Below, piece by piece: positions 19,069 to 29,452 of a DNA stretch of 50,679 nucleotides (position 1 is its first letter; each line of letters begins with the position of its first letter). A program made the translations under genes and the position numbers. The notes beneath the pieces were generated by a model. It saw only the letters and a list, made by a program, of their open reading frames with translations, did no database searches and was not told where the DNA came from. Source of the DNA: a virus (taxonomy: Duplodnaviria; Caudoviricetes); IMG/VR virus record IMGVR_UViG_3300032218_003909, positions 1-50,679 of that record; one strand, written 5' to 3'.

Positions 19069-19872
19069 ATGAATATAAAAGAACATCGAATGCTTGATAT
19101 CCTCAAAAGAGGAAAACAAGAATACGGCTATGTCGCTGTTAAAGCTGAGTTTGAGGCAGAAGGCACCAGAACTGATGAACTATTAAGGCTAATTGATCTT
19201 ACCAAACGTGCAGATCTAAAGTTTGCGCTTAAGATCGGTGGCTGCGAAGCTATGCGAGATTTGATGGAAGCTAAGCAGCTTGGAGTAGAATATGTTATCG
19301 CACCAATGGTAGAAACAGACTATGCATTGTGGAAATTCATTGACGCAAAGAATAAAGTCTATGACGAAGATGATCGTCGAGATGTCAAGTTTTTAACCAA
19401 TCTTGAAACAATCACCGGCTATAATAACCTTGTTAGCTTGATTGCCAAGGCTAAGATAGACAATGGCTTAGACGGATTGGTGTTTGGTCGTGTAGATTTT
19501 GTGATGAGCATGGGTCTAAACGGTCGTGAAGACATCAATCGTGAAGATATCACCGAAATGGCGAAAATTGTAGCTGGCACATGTTCGGCTGCTGGCTTAG
19601 AAATGGTGATGGGAGGTGGAATTTCTACCGATGCACTTTCAGCAGTGCGTGCGGTCAGACAAGTTCACTTAAATCGCTATGAGACGCGCAAGATAGTATT
19701 TGATGGCAATGCAGCAAACTTGCCGGACGCTGAACGAGCACTATTGTCAGCAGTTGAATTTGAATTGCTTTGGCTAAAGAATAAGCGGGACTATTATGGC
19801 AATATTTTCCGTGAAGATAATAAGCGCATAGACATGCTTGAAGCTCGTTGGAAAGCTAAGATCGAAAGTTAA
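19069..19872 (+). CDS. HpcH/HpaI aldolase/citrate-lyase family protein
   Basis: K.EFEAEG, KIGGCEA, APMVET, NLET, FGRVDF, GGG. Confidence 0.8.
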   Translation: MNIKEHRMLDILKRGKQEYGYVAVKAEFEAEGTRTDELLRLIDLTKRADLKFALKIGGCEAMRDLMEAKQLGVEYVIAPMVETDYALWKFIDAKNKVYDEDDRRDVKFLTNLETITGYNNLVSLIAKAKIDNGLDGLVFGRVDFVMSMGLNGREDINREDITEMAKIVAGTCSAAGLEMVMGGGISTDALSAVRAVRQVHLNRYETRKIVFDGNAANLPDAERALLSAVEFELLWLKNKRDYYGNIFREDNKRIDMLEARWKAKIES

Positions 19873-20881
19873 TACCGCTCTGCATCAGTGAAGAAATTAA
19901 TTTTTTCCAAAATGATGCAGAATTCTCAAACCCTTTCTTGACAAATTGAAGATCAACGGGCAGTATGAGATTTATCTCACTGCTCGTGTTTTTCTTATCA
20001 TGCGTCAGCGCAGCTATTGCAAGATTGATATCTATAACCACATCTTTGTATAAAGAGTAATTGGTTATAAGAACATTATGCATATCTAAGAATCTTTGTT
20101 TCTCAATCATGCCTTCACCAAAAGCAAATAGATTTGCAGCGTCCATTCCCATGCTCACAGCAATACCATGAGGAATTTCAAAGTTAGTCGCACTTTCTAT
20201 AGCATGACCGATGCAATGCCCGTAATTTAAAATATTACGTATACCTTTGTCGAATTCATCTATTTCAATAAACTTTTTTTTGATTTGTAAAGTCTGATAC
20301 AGATGGTAATCTAGATCATCGCGGATAGTGTCACTGTCTACTAATTTTCCGTCTATTAGATAGAGTTTAATGATCTCTCCTATACCTGACCGAATATCTT
20401 TGTCTTCAAGAGTATTAAGAAACTTATTGCAAATTAGTACACTTGAGGGCGGTGTAAACGAACCCAGTAGATTTTTGTACTGACCAAAGTTAATGCTACT
20501 CTTACTTCCAATGCAACTATCAGCCTGAGCCAACAGTGTTGTAGGAACAAAGTGCCACCTAACACCTCGCATAAAGTTGTTTGCAATAAAACAGGTTATA
20601 TCTTGAATGATGCCTCCGCCTATTGCTACTAATGTGCTGCTGCGTTTTAGATTCTGCGCTATAAGCTGTTCGATTACCGGCACTATGCCAAGATAGCTTT
20701 TGTTTTCTTCGTTAGCATCAATAAGTACATATGGTTTGTCAACTGTGCCAAGTAATTCAAAAACATTGCGATCGATAATATAATGTGTACCTAGTGAGTA
20801 TAACGAATTGGAATCGATCAATTGATCATCGAATACAACCTGATATGAGCCACTGTGACTTTGAATCTCAAAATTACGCAC
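19856..20881 (-). CDS. 3-dehydroquinate synthase-like sugar-phosphate cyclase
   Basis: GGGIIQD, PTTLLAQADS.IG.K, KNLLG.F, LNYGH..GHAIE, PHG.AV; GGAGG RBS before GTG at 20881. Confidence 0.9.
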   Translation of the reverse strand: MRNFEIQSHSGSYQVVFDDQLIDSNSLYSLGTHYIIDRNVFELLGTVDKPYVLIDANEENKSYLGIVPVIEQLIAQNLKRSSTLVAIGGGIIQDITCFIANNFMRGVRWHFVPTTLLAQADSCIGSKSSINFGQYKNLLGSFTPPSSVLICNKFLNTLEDKDIRSGIGEIIKLYLIDGKLVDSDTIRDDLDYHLYQTLQIKKKFIEIDEFDKGIRNILNYGHCIGHAIESATNFEIPHGIAVSMGMDAANLFAFGEGMIEKQRFLDMHNVLITNYSLYKDVVIDINLAIAALTHDKKNTSSEINLILPVDLQFVKKGFENSASFWKKLISSLMQSGINFRS

Positions 20882-21569
20882 GAGTAAATCCTCCATCAAT
20901 AGCAATATTTTGTCCTGATATATATGTATTCTGTTCACTGCCCAACCAACATACAAAATTTGCAACTTCTTCAACAGAAGCCAGTCTATTGATAGGTACT
21001 TGAGCTAGAATCTGTGCGATACCCGATGGTCCTAGGTTACGTTGAGTCATTTCTGTATTAATGAATCCTGGTGCTACACTATTAGCTAAAATACCTTGTG
21101 CAGCATATTCATTTGCTATAGCTAGCGTCATTCCGTCTAGCGCAAATTTACTGGCACTATAGCTGCCTCTGCCCGAGCGACTGATCTTTCCCCATATTGA
21201 ACTGATATTAACAATGCGACCCCAGGCTGTTTGAGCCATATGCGGCAAAACAGCCTGACATAAACGAAACGGAGCGTAAACGTTTATCTTTTGTATTTTT
21301 TGAAAATCGTCAGGATCTATTTCACAGAAAGGTGAGATTTTGTTTATGCCGGCGTTATTGATTAGCATATCAATATTCATTTGGGCGACTAAGTTACAAA
21401 GCGTATCCAGTTGTGTGTCGTCAGATAGATCACATTGAATGTATTCATTTACATAATCTGGTTTAATATCAGTGGTTGCTACGCCTATAACATATGAATC
21501 TGATGCGTATGCAGTGGCGATAGCTTTGCCAATTCCACGACTGACGCCAGTTATTAGAACTCGTTTCAT
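20874..21569 (-). CDS. Short-chain dehydrogenase/reductase (FabG-like)
   Basis: TG.SRGIG, NNAG, YSASK, PGFI.T, DGG. Confidence 0.9.
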   Translation of the reverse strand: MKRVLITGVSRGIGKAIATAYASDSYVIGVATTDIKPDYVNEYIQCDLSDDTQLDTLCNLVAQMNIDMLINNAGINKISPFCEIDPDDFQKIQKINVYAPFRLCQAVLPHMAQTAWGRIVNISSIWGKISRSGRGSYSASKFALDGMTLAIANEYAAQGILANSVAPGFINTEMTQRNLGPSGIAQILAQVPINRLASVEEVANFVCWLGSEQNTYISGQNIAIDGGFTRA

Positions 21570-21674
21570 TTGACCTCTCGTCTAGAATATTTAATGGTCA
21601 AATAATAGCATATAAATATTCGACTATCAAATATTTTTCATGTATACTATTGCCACTTATTAGAGGATAAATTA

Positions 21675-23453
21675 ATGAGAGTTTGCGATTACATAGCCAA
21701 TAAATTAAATCAACTAGGCGTTAAACAAGTATACGGACTGGTAGGCGGAGGAACATCTGGACTAAATGACGGATTTATTTGTCATCCTGATATAGAATTT
21801 GTATGTTTCCATCATGAACAGGGAGCAGGACATGCTGCAGTTGGTGCTGCACGAACTAATCAAAATCTAAGCGTGGTAAATGTTACCACTGGCTGCGGCG
21901 GAACTAATGTATTGACCAGCTGTTTAAATGCATGGCAGGAAAGTGTTCCTGTTTTATTTCTCAGCGGAAACACTAAAATTACAAATATGGCTGCCTGGAT
22001 AAACCAGCAAAAAGGAATAGAATTACGTCGGTATGGTCTGCAAGAACATAATATCACCGAAACTGTAAAAAATCTAACCAAATACGCAGTATTGATTACT
22101 AGCGTAGATGATGTTGCATATGAGCTAGATAAAGCAATTGATATTGCGACCACAGGACGACCTGGCCCAGTTTGGATTGATGTGCCAGGCAATATTCAAA
22201 CTGCACAGATGCCTGACTCTTACAAAAAATATATTTCAGTCGATAACAGCGCCTCAGTGCCTGTTAATGTCATGAAACAAGCGTTTAATGACCTAATTCT
22301 TCCAGCTGTGCGACCATTAATAGTCGCAGGTGCCGGTATATCTATGAGTCAGAGTGAAAATCTTTTCTTAGAATTCGCTGAAAAATACAATATACCGTTT
22401 GTTACAACTTTCCGAACACGAGATCTAGTTGAATCAGAACATTACCTGAATGTAGGTATGATCGGCATAAAAGGAAATCGTGCTGCAAATTTTGCAATGC
22501 AAAACGCAGATCTATTATTGATTTTAGGCAGTTCAATGAACGTTTCCCATATTGGCTATGACGATAAAACATTTAGTCCGCATAGCAAAAAAATAATGGT
22601 AGACATAGATTCAAGTGAACTCAAAAAAGATATCATAACAGTTGATGCACCGATTAAAGCAAATGTTAGAGATTTCTTGAACATATGTTTACCGCTCGGA
22701 GGACATATCGCTTCTGATGAATGGCTGAATAAGATTCTTCATTGGCGAAAGATGTGGCCTACTTACGATCCATTGATTCATCGTCCAGACGAATCTGGAA
22801 TAAACCTATATGAAATAGTTGAGTCAATGAATAGAAACATGATGCCCGGCGATGTAGTCATCACAGATGCTGGTCAACCATGTTATATCTGCTCAACTAA
22901 TTTGAAATTTAGAAAAAATCAACGTTATATGGGCCAGGCTGCTCAAGGCGATATGGGATACGCTATTCCTGCAATGGTAGGTGTTTATAAAACTAATCCA
23001 GATTTAAATGTCATCTCTTGTATAGGCGAAGGTAGTTTTTATACTAATATGCAAGAACTTGCAGTAATCAAGCAGCATAATATACCTGCTAAAATATTAG
23101 TCATTAACAACGACGGCTATTTAAGTATCAAACAAACACAGACCAAGTTCTTTGATGGCAGGCTTTACGGAGTGAGTAACAGTACAGGAATCTATTTTGC
23201 AAATATAGCTAAAGTAGCTGATTCTTTTGAAATAGAGTATATAAAGATCAACAATAATCAAGAATTAGATGAACTTATGCCGAAGATATTATCGCGCAAA
23301 AATGCTGTTATAGTTGAAATTATGAGCCAAGACACAATGGACGTATTACCAGCCCAGGCAATAAAGCCTGATGGTACACAAGGTGGACTACATGATATGG
23401 CTCCATTTTTAACTCAAGAAGAACTTGCTGCTGAAATGATAGTAAAAATATGA
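21675..23453 (+). CDS. Thiamine-diphosphate enzyme (acetolactate synthase/YerE-like)
   Basis: HHEQ, GRPGPVWID.P, MGY.IPA, GEGS...NNDGY; TATAAATA at 21611-21618. Confidence 0.9.
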   Translation: MRVCDYIANKLNQLGVKQVYGLVGGGTSGLNDGFICHPDIEFVCFHHEQGAGHAAVGAARTNQNLSVVNVTTGCGGTNVLTSCLNAWQESVPVLFLSGNTKITNMAAWINQQKGIELRRYGLQEHNITETVKNLTKYAVLITSVDDVAYELDKAIDIATTGRPGPVWIDVPGNIQTAQMPDSYKKYISVDNSASVPVNVMKQAFNDLILPAVRPLIVAGAGISMSQSENLFLEFAEKYNIPFVTTFRTRDLVESEHYLNVGMIGIKGNRAANFAMQNADLLLILGSSMNVSHIGYDDKTFSPHSKKIMVDIDSSELKKDIITVDAPIKANVRDFLNICLPLGGHIASDEWLNKILHWRKMWPTYDPLIHRPDESGINLYEIVESMNRNMMPGDVVITDAGQPCYICSTNLKFRKNQRYMGQAAQGDMGYAIPAMVGVYKTNPDLNVISCIGEGSFYTNMQELAVIKQHNIPAKILVINNDGYLSIKQTQTKFFDGRLYGVSNSTGIYFANIAKVADSFEIEYIKINNNQELDELMPKILSRKNAVIVEIMSQDTMDVLPAQAIKPDGTQGGLHDMAPFLTQEELAAEMIVKI

Positions 23454-24271
23454 AAATAGCTGTTTTGGGTGCACGAGGATTTATAGGACGTAATATAAGT
23501 TTGGATCTATCACAAGATCACGTTGTTCATTCAATAACACGAGATATATTAGATTTGCTAGATCCAACAGAAGTGCGTAGTCATTTCATGAGGCAAAAAT
23601 ATGATGTGGTAATCAATGCTGCAGCAACAATGACTACTGATAGTTCATTGCATGACAGCCGAAATAATCTAGGTTTGTTTATGAATATTCACGCATGTCG
23701 AGGACAATTTGGAAAATTTATAAACTTAGGTTCTGGCGCAGAATTCGATCGAACACGAAATATAGATAACGCAAACGAGTGTGAGATATTCGATGTCATT
23801 CCGTCAGATAGCTATGGATTTGGTCAGAATATAAAGAGCCGAATCTGCTATGCTACTGATAATTTTTACACCATACGCATATTCAACTGCTTTGGTTCTG
23901 GAGAAATGCCCACTCGATTGTTTGCACGATATCTCAATAAGTCACAACCATTTGTTATTACTAACGATAGATACTTTGATTATTTCAGTATTCAAGACTT
24001 ATGTACAGTGGTAAGACACTGCGCCGAGACTTCTTGGACAATAAAAGACGTAAATGCAGTCTATCAAGAAAAAATACGCATCAGTGAAGCACTGTCTAGA
24101 TTCTGTGAAATTAATACTCTGGAAAAAGACTTTATAGTTGGTTCTAAATCAGAAAATAATTATACAGGAAACGCTTATTTACTATCATCTGTGAATCTAC
24201 CGTTGACAGGAATAGCTGAAGGCTTTAAATTGTACGGAAATTTTTCGATTAAAAAGGATATCGCACTGTGA
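23450..24271 (+). CDS. NAD-dependent sugar epimerase/reductase
   Basis: LGARGFIG, GSGAEFD, R.FNCFG. Confidence 0.85.
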   Translation: MKIAVLGARGFIGRNISLDLSQDHVVHSITRDILDLLDPTEVRSHFMRQKYDVVINAAATMTTDSSLHDSRNNLGLFMNIHACRGQFGKFINLGSGAEFDRTRNIDNANECEIFDVIPSDSYGFGQNIKSRICYATDNFYTIRIFNCFGSGEMPTRLFARYLNKSQPFVITNDRYFDYFSIQDLCTVVRHCAETSWTIKDVNAVYQEKIRISEALSRFCEINTLEKDFIVGSKSENNYTGNAYLLSSVNLPLTGIAEGFKLYGNFSIKKDIAL

Positions 24272-25023
24272 TGAAAAATCTATATCATGAATTAAAATAC
24301 TTATCAAAAGAGCATGGTATAATCGGTATGAAGCACTCTTTTGAAGACGAAGGCGCTTCATTGGATGATGTAATTCTTATGAGAAGACTTACTGATTTAT
24401 GTGGTATTTTAGGTTTTATCAAGATTGGCGGTTGTGAAGCCAAGAGTGATATCAATACTTGTATCAAATATAATATAGATGCAGTCATTGCTCCAATGGT
24501 AGAAACTAAATTTGCTGTGTCTAAATTTATTTCTACAGTAAGCGATCATTCTTCTGATATACAACCTTATATTGTCTTAGAAAGCAAGACAGCATATAAA
24601 AATTTAGATGAAATATTAGAATATAGCGACGGTAAGCTAAAAGGTGTGATCGTAGGAAGATCTGATTTTACTAATTCGTATGATTTGAATAAATCAGAGA
24701 CTGATAGCGATTTCATTTATAGTAAAGTAGAAAAAATACTCGTCAAGTGTAAGAAATATAACTTATACACGACCTTAGGCGGCAATATTTCAAAAAAAAG
24801 TGTTGAATTCATTAAGCATATGTTTTTTAAAAAAATATTGAATAGGGTAGAAACGCGAAATATAGTTATTGAACTTTCTGACGACAACATTAAAAATCTT
24901 GAAAGTATTATTACAAAAGCTCTGAGATTTGAATCGCTACTTATAGAGCAAAAGCATAAAATTCTAACAATTGAAACTGAAGCATATGCAAATAGAATTC
25001 AAACTTTAGCAACCAGGATATAA
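24268..25023 (+). CDS. HpcH/HpaI aldolase family protein (paralog 2)
   Basis: FEDEG, KIGGCEA, APMVET, GRSDF, ETR shared with 19069..19872. Confidence 0.8.
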   Translation: MMKNLYHELKYLSKEHGIIGMKHSFEDEGASLDDVILMRRLTDLCGILGFIKIGGCEAKSDINTCIKYNIDAVIAPMVETKFAVSKFISTVSDHSSDIQPYIVLESKTAYKNLDEILEYSDGKLKGVIVGRSDFTNSYDLNKSETDSDFIYSKVEKILVKCKKYNLYTTLGGNISKKSVEFIKHMFFKKILNRVETRNIVIELSDDNIKNLESIITKALRFESLLIEQKHKILTIETEAYANRIQTLATRI

Positions 25024-26195
25024 TGAACACCCGTTATACTGAATTAAAAAAAATCATCAACGATCAAAAATGTTTCAAAATGATCTGCGGTGCTGGCAAT
25101 GAAAATAAACTCCAAATAAAAAAATTAGCATTTGTTTATACATTGGCTGGAGCTTCTATATTAGATGTTTCAGCTAATATAGAAATAGTGAATGCTGCAG
25201 TTGAAGGTATTGACCTTGCATATTCATATGCAGATAGACTAGGAGTATTCATTAACGTCCGACCATTCATTATGGTAAGCGTAGGCATGCCCGGAGATCA
25301 TCATGTAAGAAAATCTTACATAGATCCCCAAAAGTGTATCGGCTGTAATTTATGCATTCCAGTATGTCCAACTGATGCTATTCCTAAGGATTTTGTAAAA
25401 GACTTAGAATACTACCAAAATTTAAACAGTAGCTTAGTTATAGAAGATCAATCTAAAGAAATAGTTATTAAAGACTTATGCATAGGCTGCGGTAAATGCA
25501 GCAACATATGTCCTAAACCAGACATTATTTCATATCGCCATAATTCTTCTGAACTAGAAGAGTTGTTGCCAAAATGCATACAAGCCGGTGCAGAATTATT
25601 TGAATTACATTCTGCTGTTGGGGAAGATGATGTTACTATAAAAGAATGGCAACTAATTACTAAGATAAATCCTACAAACTATAATTCTATGTGCTTGGAT
25701 CGATTGAACTTAGGAAATCTAAAACTAGAACATCGTATTACAGAAATACAAAAAATATCCAAAGATAAATTGATCATTCAGACAGATGGACTTCCAATGA
25801 GTGGTGGAGAAAATGATTACAATACTACGTTACAAGCTGTTGCTTGCGCTGATGTAGTAAACAAAAAATTTAACATGAAGGTTAATAAAAAAATAGAGGT
25901 CGATTCTTTAGGAAATGACAAAATATCGTCAAAGAAAATATATAAAGCTATAGATGATAAGTCCAATATTCCAATTATATTATCTGGCGGCACGAATCAT
26001 TTTAGCAAAGAGCTTTCTATAAAAGCCAACGTAAGAGTAAACGGAATTGCTGTTGGAACTTATGCTCGTGATATAATTCAGAGTTATATTTCTACCGATG
26101 ATTTTTATGAAAATTTCAACAACATTTCATTGGCTTTGAAGCACGCCAAGGACTTAGTGGATGTTAGCAATAGCGAAATAAACTATGAAAAATAA
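25023..26195 (+). CDS. LdpA-like 2x[4Fe-4S] protein
   Basis: KMICGA, YTLAGA..LD, MVS...D.H.RK, two CxxCxxCxxxCP motifs, ELH, QTDG.PMSG, SGGTN, G.A.GTYAR follow the LdpA layout. Confidence 0.8.
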   Translation: MNTRYTELKKIINDQKCFKMICGAGNENKLQIKKLAFVYTLAGASILDVSANIEIVNAAVEGIDLAYSYADRLGVFINVRPFIMVSVGMPGDHHVRKSYIDPQKCIGCNLCIPVCPTDAIPKDFVKDLEYYQNLNSSLVIEDQSKEIVIKDLCIGCGKCSNICPKPDIISYRHNSSELEELLPKCIQAGAELFELHSAVGEDDVTIKEWQLITKINPTNYNSMCLDRLNLGNLKLEHRITEIQKISKDKLIIQTDGLPMSGGENDYNTTLQAVACADVVNKKFNMKVNKKIEVDSLGNDKISSKKIYKAIDDKSNIPIILSGGTNHFSKELSIKANVRVNGIAVGTYARDIIQSYISTDDFYENFNNISLALKHAKDLVDVSNSEINYEK

Positions 26196-26571
26196 ATTGA
26201 CATTTGCAGTAGATTTTGATGGAACATTATGTGCTTATGCATTTCCTGGCATTGGTGAGCAAACAGAGCAACAAAAACTGTTATTAAACACTCTTATTGA
26301 ATTACGTAAAACTGGCCATAAATTAATCCTATGGACAAATCGCGGAGACAACGAATCATATCAATGCTTGTCTGAAGCAATTAATTGGTGTAAGATGCAA
26401 GGATTAGAATTTGATTCAGTTAATAAAAATTTACCAGAAACAGAAAAGAAGAAAATTTCAGGATATAGCCCAAAGATTATGGCAGATTATTACATTGATG
26501 ATAAAGCACTGGCGTTCAGTACAAACAATTCTAAATTAGAAACCCTTTCTTTTTTAGCGAATTTAAAATAA
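26185..26571 (+). CDS. HAD-superfamily hydrolase
   Basis: AVDFDGT, LILWT.R, K..ADYYIDD. Confidence 0.85.
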   Translation: MKNKLTFAVDFDGTLCAYAFPGIGEQTEQQKLLLNTLIELRKTGHKLILWTNRGDNESYQCLSEAINWCKMQGLEFDSVNKNLPETEKKKISGYSPKIMADYYIDDKALAFSTNNSKLETLSFLANLK

Positions 26572-26583
26572 AACGAGAAATAT

Positions 26584-27549
26584 ATGATGCAAAAAGTTTA
26601 CGATTGCTGTGGTTTTTGGCAAGAAAATGATGTATATGAGATACGTATTAATGAACATTGGGACTGGGTTGATAAGTTCATTGTTGTTGAAGCAGGCGAA
26701 ACTCATTCGGGTATAAAAAAGCCTTACAATTTTGATAAACAGCGATTTAAGAAATATAAAGAAAAACTCATCTATGTAAAGTTTGATAGCTTTAAGGAAG
26801 AAATTCACAAGCATCCTGAATTAGACTGTAGTATTCATAGTATGAATGTTGGTCATCAAATGACTTATAGAAGCGATGGATTTCAAGCTGCATATTGTGT
26901 AAAGATACTGCGAGATTTAGGCGTAAATGATACTGACCTTGTGTATATTTCATGTGCAGATGAAATAGTTAAGAAGTCAGCATTTTATCAAGCACTAAAT
27001 TATTTTGAAGATTCTTCTGCATTGTATGACGCAAGAGCATTTGCAGATTATCATTCTATGCATGGAGTGACACCAAAAAATAGTATAATATTAGAAAATA
27101 CAAGACCTATTATCTGGTTTGAAATGCAGATGTTCATATATAAAATGAATCTAGCATACATTGAAAATCTGAACGAGGATAAATGGGCGGCTGGTATTTT
27201 GACTGAATTTTCAACTCTTAATCGAATGTTGCCTGCTACTCTTCGCGCACCAGGTGCTATCACTCATCCTAAGATAAAGAATGGAGGCTGGCATCTATCA
27301 TATATGGATGATACTGATACTGGTGAAAAGTTACTACGTAAGATGCATAGTTGGGCTCATGCCAATGATATGCTACCCAATGGTAGACGGCGCGCAGACC
27401 TAGACAATTTAAATGATGCAGTCATCCAGATAGTTCAAGAATTTCGTCTACGAATTCCTGAGTCAATTATACCTATTTCATATGACACTCATCCAGGTTA
27501 TCTGGTAGAAAACGTTGATAAATTTTCAAACTATATCCTTAAGGTATAA
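26584..27549 (+). CDS. GT17-like glycosyltransferase (paralog 2)
   Basis: YDCC..W.E, VVEAGETHSG.KK, SCADEI, GGWHLSY, HSWAH shared with 18183..19061. Confidence 0.85.
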   Translation: MMQKVYDCCGFWQENDVYEIRINEHWDWVDKFIVVEAGETHSGIKKPYNFDKQRFKKYKEKLIYVKFDSFKEEIHKHPELDCSIHSMNVGHQMTYRSDGFQAAYCVKILRDLGVNDTDLVYISCADEIVKKSAFYQALNYFEDSSALYDARAFADYHSMHGVTPKNSIILENTRPIIWFEMQMFIYKMNLAYIENLNEDKWAAGILTEFSTLNRMLPATLRAPGAITHPKIKNGGWHLSYMDDTDTGEKLLRKMHSWAHANDMLPNGRRRADLDNLNDAVIQIVQEFRLRIPESIIPISYDTHPGYLVENVDKFSNYILKV

Positions 27550-27552
27550 CAC

Positions 27553-28650
27553 ATGATTAACATATTGGTACCAATGGCTGGGTTGGGCAGTAGATTTACT
27601 AAAGTCGGCATCAATGAACCTAAGCCACTTATTAAAGTTTTAGGAAAAACACTAATTGAACATAGTATAAGCAGTTTCAATGTTGAAGGTCGCTTTATCT
27701 TTCTTACAAGAGAATTTGACAACATTGATTACAATACAGAATTAAGTGCGTTACTAACACACCTCAGACCAGAAAGTATTGAAATCCGTATTAAAAATGT
27801 CACTAGCGGAGCCACTGAGACTGCTTTACTAGCAATTGAGCACATCGATAACGATGATCCGTTAGTCATTTACAATTGCGATCAGTTAATTACCTGGAAT
27901 GCAGAAGATTTTGTAAAATGGATTAAGAAAAAAAATCCAGATGGTGCGTTAGTACTTTATAACAGTACAGATCCTAAAAATAGTTTTGCAGATGTTAATT
28001 CAGGGCGTATTACCAAAGTGGTAGAAAAGCGTGCTATCAGCAACCATGCACTGATTGGATTTCATTACTGGAAACGAGGCAGTGATTTTGTCAAGAGTGC
28101 TCAAATGCTTATGGACAATTTCAGAATCAATGGTCAGCCCGAATGTTATGTCAGCGAAACATACAACTACTTAAACGATGCCAAGATTCTGCCATATCAC
28201 GTTGCAGATCATGTATATGTGCCGTTAGGAACTCCAGAGGATGTTTCTCGTTATATTGGTAAAGTCAAGGAGTTTAAGACAGCTAAACCAAAAACACTGT
28301 TCATTGATATAGATGGAACTATACTAAAGCATCAACATACTATAAGTGATGTTTATAAGAATTCACCACAAGTGCTACCTGAGGTTGTTTCCAAGATTAA
28401 CGAATGGGATAGTCAAGGACATAAAATCATATTAGTCACTGCTCGTAAAGAAAGCACACGAGCAATTACTGAACAACACTTGCGTGGATTTGGTATTGCA
28501 TGGGATCAATTAGTGATGGGCGTCGGTGGCGGTGCTAGAGTACTTATTAATGACAAATTAAACAAAAACGATGCAGACAGAGCCATTGGTGTCAATGTTG
28601 TCACTGACAGTGGGTTTGGTACTATAAGTTGGGAGGATTACGATTTATGA
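27553..28650 (+). CDS. Sugar nucleotidyltransferase fused to a HAD phosphatase domain
   Basis: PMAG.GSRF...PKPLI, NCDQ, EK..IS, LGTPED; C-terminal FIDIDGT...TAR...IND. Confidence 0.85.
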   Translation: MINILVPMAGLGSRFTKVGINEPKPLIKVLGKTLIEHSISSFNVEGRFIFLTREFDNIDYNTELSALLTHLRPESIEIRIKNVTSGATETALLAIEHIDNDDPLVIYNCDQLITWNAEDFVKWIKKKNPDGALVLYNSTDPKNSFADVNSGRITKVVEKRAISNHALIGFHYWKRGSDFVKSAQMLMDNFRINGQPECYVSETYNYLNDAKILPYHVADHVYVPLGTPEDVSRYIGKVKEFKTAKPKTLFIDIDGTILKHQHTISDVYKNSPQVLPEVVSKINEWDSQGHKIILVTARKESTRAITEQHLRGFGIAWDQLVMGVGGGARVLINDKLNKNDADRAIGVNVVTDSGFGTISWEDYDL

Positions 28651-28982
28651 TTATTAAAAGAATCGAAGACATGAAGAGTGGATGGTTTGTAGGAGGTTTT
28701 GAACCTACTGCGTATTATACCAAAGAATTTGAAGTAAACTATAGGGTGCATCCAGCCGGTCAGAACTGGGATATGCATTATCATTCGAAGGTTACAGAAA
28801 TCAATTTGTTGATCAAAGGTAAAATGACTATGCAAGGGAAAGAATTAAACTCTGGCGACATATTCATTATAGAGCCTTGGGAAATTACTGATCCTATTTT
28901 TATAGAAGACTGTGAGTTGATCTGTGTTAAACTGCCAAGCGAAAACGATAAGAAGGTTATAGTACATGCCGATTCTAATTAG
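28647..28982 (+). CDS. Cupin-domain protein
   Basis: GWFVG.FEP, HYH...E...G; ATGA-coupled. Confidence 0.8.
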   Translation: MIIKRIEDMKSGWFVGGFEPTAYYTKEFEVNYRVHPAGQNWDMHYHSKVTEINLLIKGKMTMQGKELNSGDIFIIEPWEITDPIFIEDCELICVKLPSENDKKVIVHADSN

Positions 28983-29415
28983 TCACAGAGGGCTTTTCAA
29001 TGGACCAGACGTTTCTACAGAGAATACGTACCATCAAATATATACTGCTTTAGATTTAGGCTATGAAGTAGAAACCGATGTAAGATTCATCGACGACCAG
29101 TGGTGGATTGGGCACGACTACCCACAGTGGAAAACAGACGAAAATTTTCTCAAGACCAATAATCTGTGGCTGCACGCTAAAAATGTTGAGGCCTTGCGCA
29201 GACTAATTGACTTGGGTACTAATTGCTTTTGGCATCAATCTGACGATTACACCGTGACCAATCACGGATTCATTTGGGCGTATCCAGGAAAAGAGCGTAG
29301 TTGTCCTAAAACAATAATGGTAATGCCGGAATGGATTGATAAGACTCTTGATCACTGCAAAAATATAGACTGTTATGGCATCTGCAGTGATTATGTTGGC
29401 ATGCTAACTCTGTAA
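28966..29415 (+). CDS. GDPD/PLC-like phosphodiesterase
   Basis: ISHRG...EN...VE.DV...GHD...W.H.KN...GICSD. Confidence 0.8.
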   Translation: MPILISHRGLFNGPDVSTENTYHQIYTALDLGYEVETDVRFIDDQWWIGHDYPQWKTDENFLKTNNLWLHAKNVEALRRLIDLGTNCFWHQSDDYTVTNHGFIWAYPGKERSCPKTIMVMPEWIDKTLDHCKNIDCYGICSDYVGMLTL

Positions 29416-29452
29416 GAGTAAGTAATAAAAATCGCAAGTTAATGAGGCTTCA

